Of a stretch of DNA of 64,000 nt, positions 58,350 to 64,000 are shown in pieces. How positions within the stretch are numbered: position 1 is the stretch's first letter; each line of letters begins with the position of its first letter. The notes beneath the pieces were generated by a model. The model was not told the DNA's origin and did no database searches. It was given only the letters and a program-made list of their open reading frames with translations. The translations under genes and the position numbers were made by a program. Source of the stretch: Escherichia phage vB_EcoM_CUA3; the sequence record PP410321. One strand, 5' to 3'.

Positions 58350-59795
58350 CGTACTGATGTTAATGAGTTAAAAACCATAGTTGGTGCTAGTTCANNNNNN
58401 NNNNNNNNNNNNNNNNNNNNNNNNNNNNNNNNNNNNNNNNNNNNNNNNNNNNNNNNNNNNNNNNNNNNNNNNNNNNNNNNNNNNNNNNNNNNNNNNNNNN
58501 NNNNNNNNNNNNNNNNNNNNNNNNNNNNNNNNNNNNNNNNNNNNNNNNNNNNNNNNNNNNNNNNNNNNNNNNNNNNNNNNNNNNNNNNNNNNNNNNNNNN
58601 NNNNNNNNNNNNNNNNNNNNNNNNNNNNNNNNNNNNNNNNNNNNNNNNNNNNNNNNNNNNNNNNNNNNNNNNNNNNNNNNNNNNNNNNNNNNNNNNNNNN
58701 NNNNNNNNNNNNNNNNNNNNNNNNNNNNNNNNNNNNNNNNNNNNNNNNNNNNNNNNNNNNNNNNNNNNNNNNNNNNNNNNNNNNNNNNNNNNNNNNNNNN
58801 NNNNNNNNNNNNNNNNNNNNNNNNNNNNNNNNNNNNNNNNNNNNNNNNNNNNNNNNNNNNNNNNNNNNNNNNNNNNNNNNNNNNNNNNNNNNNNNNNNNN
58901 NNNNNNNNNNNNNNNNNNNNNNNNNNNNNNNNNNNNNNNNNNNNNNNNNNNNNNNNNNNNNNNNNNNNNNNNNNNNNNNNNNNNNNNNNNNNNNNNNNNN
59001 NNNNNNNNNNNNNNNNNNNNNNNNNNNNNNNNNNNNNNNNNNNNNNNNNNNNNNNNNNNNNNNNNNNNNNNNNNNNNNNNNNNNNNNNNNCCTATTAAAG
59101 CCGATATAACCAAGAATAAAGGTGATATCGTTACTTTAACTGGACGAGTAGCAGCTAATGAAGGCGAAATTACTGATATTAAANTNGATACCGCNAAAAT
59201 AGCTCCTTTAACAACTNNNNNNNNNNNNNNNNNNNNNNNNNNNNNNNNNNNNNNNNNNNNNNNNNNNNNTGTTAAAGTCGAATCCGATAAAGTAGAAGGA
59301 ATTGATACTCGNNNNNNNNNNNNNNNNNNNNNNNNNNNNNNNNNNNNNNNNNNNNNNNNNNNNNNNNNNNNNNNNNNNNNNNNNNNNNNNNNNNNNNNNN
59401 NNNNNNNNNNNNNNNNNNNNNNNNNNNNNNNNNNNNNNNNNNNNNNNNNNNNNNNNNNNNNNNNNNNTGAAGGTAAAGTTAGTACTCTTGAAACGGGCTT
59501 AGCCGCCGTTAAAGTTGAATCGGATAAAGTNGNAGGAATNAATACCCGTTTAGGTACGGTCGAAGGTAAAGTTGGTACTCTTGAAACAGGTTTGGCTGCA
59601 GTTAAAGTTGAATCTGATAAAGTGGCAGGATTAACTACTCGCTTATCTGCGGCTGAAGCTAAAATCACTGCCTTAGAAACAGAATTAGCTAAACGTCCAC
59701 CGGTGGCTCCTGCTGCAGACGGACTTCCGTATGTTCTGGTTGATAACGCATGGGTATTATTGTCTGATTTTGTGACTTTAAATCCAGCACCATAA
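58350..59795 (+). CDS. wac: fibritin (whisker/neck) with C-terminal foldon, 5' boundary masked
   Basis: coiled-coil heptads and C-terminal ...GLPYVLVDNAWVLLSDFV resembling the T4 fibritin foldon ([27 protein letters not shown]). Confidence 0.75.
   Translation, partial: RTDVNELKTIVGASSXXXXXXXXXXXXXXXXXXXXXXXXXXXXXXXXXXXXXXXXXXXXXXXXXXXXXXXXXXXXXXXXXXXXXXXXXXXXXXXXXXXXXXXXXXXXXXXXXXXXXXXXXXXXXXXXXXXXXXXXXXXXXXXXXXXXXXXXXXXXXXXXXXXXXXXXXXXXXXXXXXXXXXXXXXXXXXXXXXXXXXXXXXXXXXXXXXXXXXXXXXXXXXXXXXXXXXXXXXXXXXXXXXXXXXXXPIKADITKNKGDIVTLTGRVAANEGEITDIKXDTXKIAPLTTXXXXXXXXXXXXXXXXXXVKVESDKVEGIDTXXXXXXXXXXXXXXXXXXXXXXXXXXXXXXXXXXXXXXXXXXXXXXXXXXXXXEGKVSTLETGLAAVKVESDKXXGXNTRLGTVEGKVGTLETGLAAVKVESDKVAGLTTRLSAAEAKITALETELAKRPPVAPAADGLPYVLVDNAWVLLSDFVTLNPAP
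59267..59658 (+). repeat. tandem 96-nt (32-aa) coiled-coil repeats inside fibritin
   Basis: EGKVxTLETGLAAVKVESDKVxGxxTRL repeated at 59467-59562 and 59563-59658, partial copy at 59267-59311. Confidence 0.7.
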
Positions 59796-59796
59796 T

Positions 59797-59818
59797 AAAA
59801 GGGCTTCGGCCCTTTTTT
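59797..59818 (+). terminator. rho-independent terminator after wac
   Basis: aaaaGGGC-ttcg-GCCCtttttt directly after the stop codon. Confidence 0.55.
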
Positions 59819-59820
59819 GC

Positions 59821-59828
59821 TATAAATA
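59821..59828 (+). promoter_or_regulatory. late promoter (TATAAATA) for gene 13
   Basis: exact TATAAATA 22 nt upstream of gene 13 ATG, SD agagga. Confidence 0.7.
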
Positions 59829-59849
59829 CGGTTATTAGAGGAATAAAAC

Positions 59850-60785
59850 ATGGCAAGTGAATCATTTAACCCTAAGCAACTCAAGGACGCTATTCTGCGC
59901 CGCCTGGGTGCACCGATTACAAATATTGAAGTAACTACAGACCAAGTATACGATTGCATCCAGCGCGCTCTAGAGCTCTACGGTGAATACCATTATAACG
60001 GATATAACAAAGGCTACCAGGCTTTTTATATCGGCCATGACGATGAAGAAAAATTCCGTAATGGTGTATTTGACCTTAAAGGACGTAATATATTTGCAGT
60101 AACACAAATTTTGAGAACTAATGTTGGTTCGTTAACATCTATGGACGGGCAAGCAACCTATCCGTGGTTTACTGATTTTGTATTAGGTTTAGCTGGGATT
60201 AATGGCGGCCTTGGGTCTTCATGTAATAGTTTTGGGCCTAATGCCTTCGGTGCCGACCTTGGTTATTTTACCCAGCTAATGCAATACCGTTCTATGATGC
60301 AAGACCTTTTAGTTCCACTCCCGGATTATTGGTATAATGATGCCACAGAACAATTGAAGGTAATGGGTAACTTCGTTAAAGGCGATTTTATTGTAATTGA
60401 AGTTTATACTCGCTCTTTTAATGGGGTAGATTCTATGGTTGGAAATACCGTAGGCTATGGTTATGCTTCNNNNGGCNGTGGTGAAAATGAATGGAGTCCT
60501 GGTGCTATTTGGGATAACCCAGCTCGTCGTATTTCCGGTATGCGTGTAGGCGAGGACCTTGGCCTTCAAGACGGTGCATATAATAACCGTTGGGTTAAAG
60601 ATTATGCCACTGCATTGGTTAAAGAAGTCAATGGCAATATTCTAGCCAAACACCAAGGCATGCAACTTGCAGGTGGAACCACTGTAGATGGTATTCGATT
60701 GATTGAAGAAGCTCGTTTAGAAAAAGAACGTCTTCGTGAAGAATTAGATTTGCTCGACCCACCAACACCTATTTTAATTGGATAA
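59850..60785 (+). CDS. 13: neck protein (T4 gp13 homolog)
   Basis: 311 aa (T4 309), position after wac. Confidence 0.85.
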   Translation: MASESFNPKQLKDAILRRLGAPITNIEVTTDQVYDCIQRALELYGEYHYNGYNKGYQAFYIGHDDEEKFRNGVFDLKGRNIFAVTQILRTNVGSLTSMDGQATYPWFTDFVLGLAGINGGLGSSCNSFGPNAFGADLGYFTQLMQYRSMMQDLLVPLPDYWYNDATEQLKVMGNFVKGDFIVIEVYTRSFNGVDSMVGNTVGYGYAXXGXGENEWSPGAIWDNPARRISGMRVGEDLGLQDGAYNNRWVKDYATALVKEVNGNILAKHQGMQLAGGTTVDGIRLIEEARLEKERLREELDLLDPPTPILIG

Positions 60786-60787
60786 TT

Positions 60788-61561
60788 ATGGCTACTTTCG
60801 ATTCGAGTTTATTCGCTAAGCTAGAAGATAATACTGGCTATGCTAATACGAACGAAACTGAAATAATGAACCCATTCGTCAACTTTTATCGCCATGAGAA
60901 TACCCAAACATTGGCTGATGCTTTAGTTGCTGAGTCTATTCAAATGCGTGGTATCGAGCTTTATTATATACCACGTGAATATGTTAAACCAGACCAACTA
61001 TTTGGCGAAGACCTTCAGAACAAATTTACTAAAGCCTGGAAGTTTGCAGGTTATTTGGATTCCTTTGAAGGTTATTCCGGTGACAATACTTATTTCAGTA
61101 AGTTCGGTATGATGGTTAATGATGAAGTAACAATCACAATTAACCCTAACCTTTTTAAACATCAATGTAATGGTACTGAACCTGTTTCAGGTGACTTGAT
61201 TTATTTCCCTATGGACAACAGTCTATTTGAAATTAATTGGGTTCAACCTTACGACCCGTTCTATCAAGTTGGTACAAACGTCCAGCGTCGTATTACTGCT
61301 ACCAAGTTCATTTATAACGGTGAAGAACTTCGTCCTGAATTACAGAGAAATGAAGGCATTAATATTCCTGAATTCAGTGAGCTTGATTTAATGCCTGTTA
61401 AAAATATCGACGGGTTGGCTGATATCTCTGATATCCAATATGAAGAGGTTAATGAGATTAATGCTGAAGCAGAGGAATTCGTACATCCTTATGTGGTGAT
61501 TAATGGTAGAGGAGAAGATGCTCCTCCTACAGCATTTGATGATGCTTTTTTAGATGATTAA
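60788..61561 (+). CDS. 14: neck protein (T4 gp14 homolog)
   Basis: 257 aa (T4 256), acidic C-terminus. Confidence 0.85.
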   Translation: MATFDSSLFAKLEDNTGYANTNETEIMNPFVNFYRHENTQTLADALVAESIQMRGIELYYIPREYVKPDQLFGEDLQNKFTKAWKFAGYLDSFEGYSGDNTYFSKFGMMVNDEVTITINPNLFKHQCNGTEPVSGDLIYFPMDNSLFEINWVQPYDPFYQVGTNVQRRITATKFIYNGEELRPELQRNEGINIPEFSELDLMPVKNIDGLADISDIQYEEVNEINAEAEEFVHPYVVINGRGEDAPPTAFDDAFLDD

Positions 61562-61568
61562 ATAATAC

Positions 61569-61591
61569 ATGGCGCATAGTGCGCCATTTTA
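61569..61591 (+). terminator. hairpin between genes 14 and 15
   Basis: atggcgca-tag-tgcgccat stem followed by tttt, then SD aggagg. Confidence 0.4.
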
Positions 61592-61600
61592 GGAGGTTTG

Positions 61601-62463
61601 ATGTTTGGACATTGGTATAATAGTTCGCTACGTCGCTATATTGTTTTGATGGGTGATTTATTTTCCCATGTTCAAGTAGCACGTCAAAGAGAAGATACAG
61701 GGCTTAAATTTATTAAGGTTCCTATTACGTATGCTTCTAAAGAAAGATTTATGGCTAATTTAGGTAAGTGGACAGCAGTACAGAATATCCCAAATCCTAA
61801 TATGTCCCCAAAAGAAAGGGCTGAACAAAAAGCTAAAGTGGAAACTGTTCTTCCACGTATGAACCTTCAAATGGTTGACATGCTTTATAACTCACAATAC
61901 AAAACGGCTCTTCAAAATAGAACACAAATTCAATTTGAGAATGGAGACCCTCGGAAAAGAGTCAGCCAATATTCTCCTACTCCAGTAAAAATGATTTTTG
62001 AACTGGGTATTTACACTAGAACTCAAGATGATATGTTCCAGATTGTGGAACAAATTATGCCGTATTTCCAACCTCACTTTAATACAACAATTACCGAACT
62101 CTATACAAACGAAATTAAATTTGACCGTGATATTCGTATTGTGTTCCAATCTATAGCAATGGACGAACAATTAGAAGGTGATACCACTTCACGTCGTCGC
62201 TTAGAATGGTCTATGATGTTTGAGGTTAACGGATGGTTATATCCTCCTGTTAAAGAAATGGAAGGCGAAATCAAAACCATTTATCTTGATTTCTTTGCCA
62301 ACTCTAAAGAACTCGCTCCTGAAGGTAATTTTGAATCGGTTGATAGCGAAGTAGTTCCTAGAGGTGTAGAAGAAAAAGAATGGGATGGTAAGTCCATTCA
62401 AACGTATTCACAAGATATTCCGGTGCCTGTTGAACCAGAACCTCCAGCACCAAGGAGAAACCC

Positions 62464-62467
<4 letters not shown>
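61601..62467 (+). CDS. 15: tail sheath stabilizer / tail terminator (T4 gp15 homolog)
   Basis: ATG 61601 with SD aggagg; 288 aa (T4 272). Confidence 0.85.

Positions 62468-64000
<1,533 letters not shown>

Noticed and set aside
55860-59795. 1311-aa plus-strand ORF and the antisense 1265-aa ORF 56162..59959
   Set aside because: Artifacts of N runs being translated as X: the plus ORF fuses gp12, unresolved sequence and fibritin, and the minus ORF is antisense to them. Other long X-rich ORFs (for example 26339..27490, 26742..27587, 35515..36254, 53858..55318) were dismissed for the same reason.

Overview
This window is a contiguous segment of a T4-like (Tevenvirinae) phage genome, colinear with the T4 map from gene 45 to gene 17. 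Protein identities are from my own reading of the translations against remembered T4 proteins; no database search was run. Runs of N mask many segments, so gene ends near them are approximate, and long X-containing ORFs in the track are masking artifacts. From 8 to about 42.5 kb, early and middle genes sit on the minus strand in T4 order: 45, rpbA, 46, 47, 55, 49, nrdC, a variable block of small ORFs, rI, tk, vs.1, regB, denV, internal-protein genes, e, nudE, a hyperplastic block, a tRNA cluster, ipI, 57B, 57A, 1, 3, 2, 4. From about 42.5 kb to the end, late structural genes sit on the plus strand: 53, 5, 5.1, 5.4, 6 to 12, wac, 13 to 16 and the 5' part of 17. A strongly conserved repeat (tgataggtctatagtatca ... 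gtaaac on the plus strand) recurs upstream of at least 10 minus-strand genes and reads as the T4 early promoter (GTTTAC, 17-18 nt, TATAAT/TACTAT). Canonical late promoters (TATAAATA) precede genes 53, 4 and 13. Features that look accessory include five tandem paralogous small genes ending in W-x-S-S-S-x-x-C, a macro-domain protein, a nucleotidyltransferase next to an AAA+ ATPase, a TraR/DksA-type zinc finger, and several internal-protein genes with the capsid-targeting leader. The anaerobic ribonucleotide reductase genes (nrdD/nrdG) and alpha-glucosyltransferase are not at their T4 positions. I found no CRISPR array, integrase, transposase or homing endonuclease in the readable sequence.
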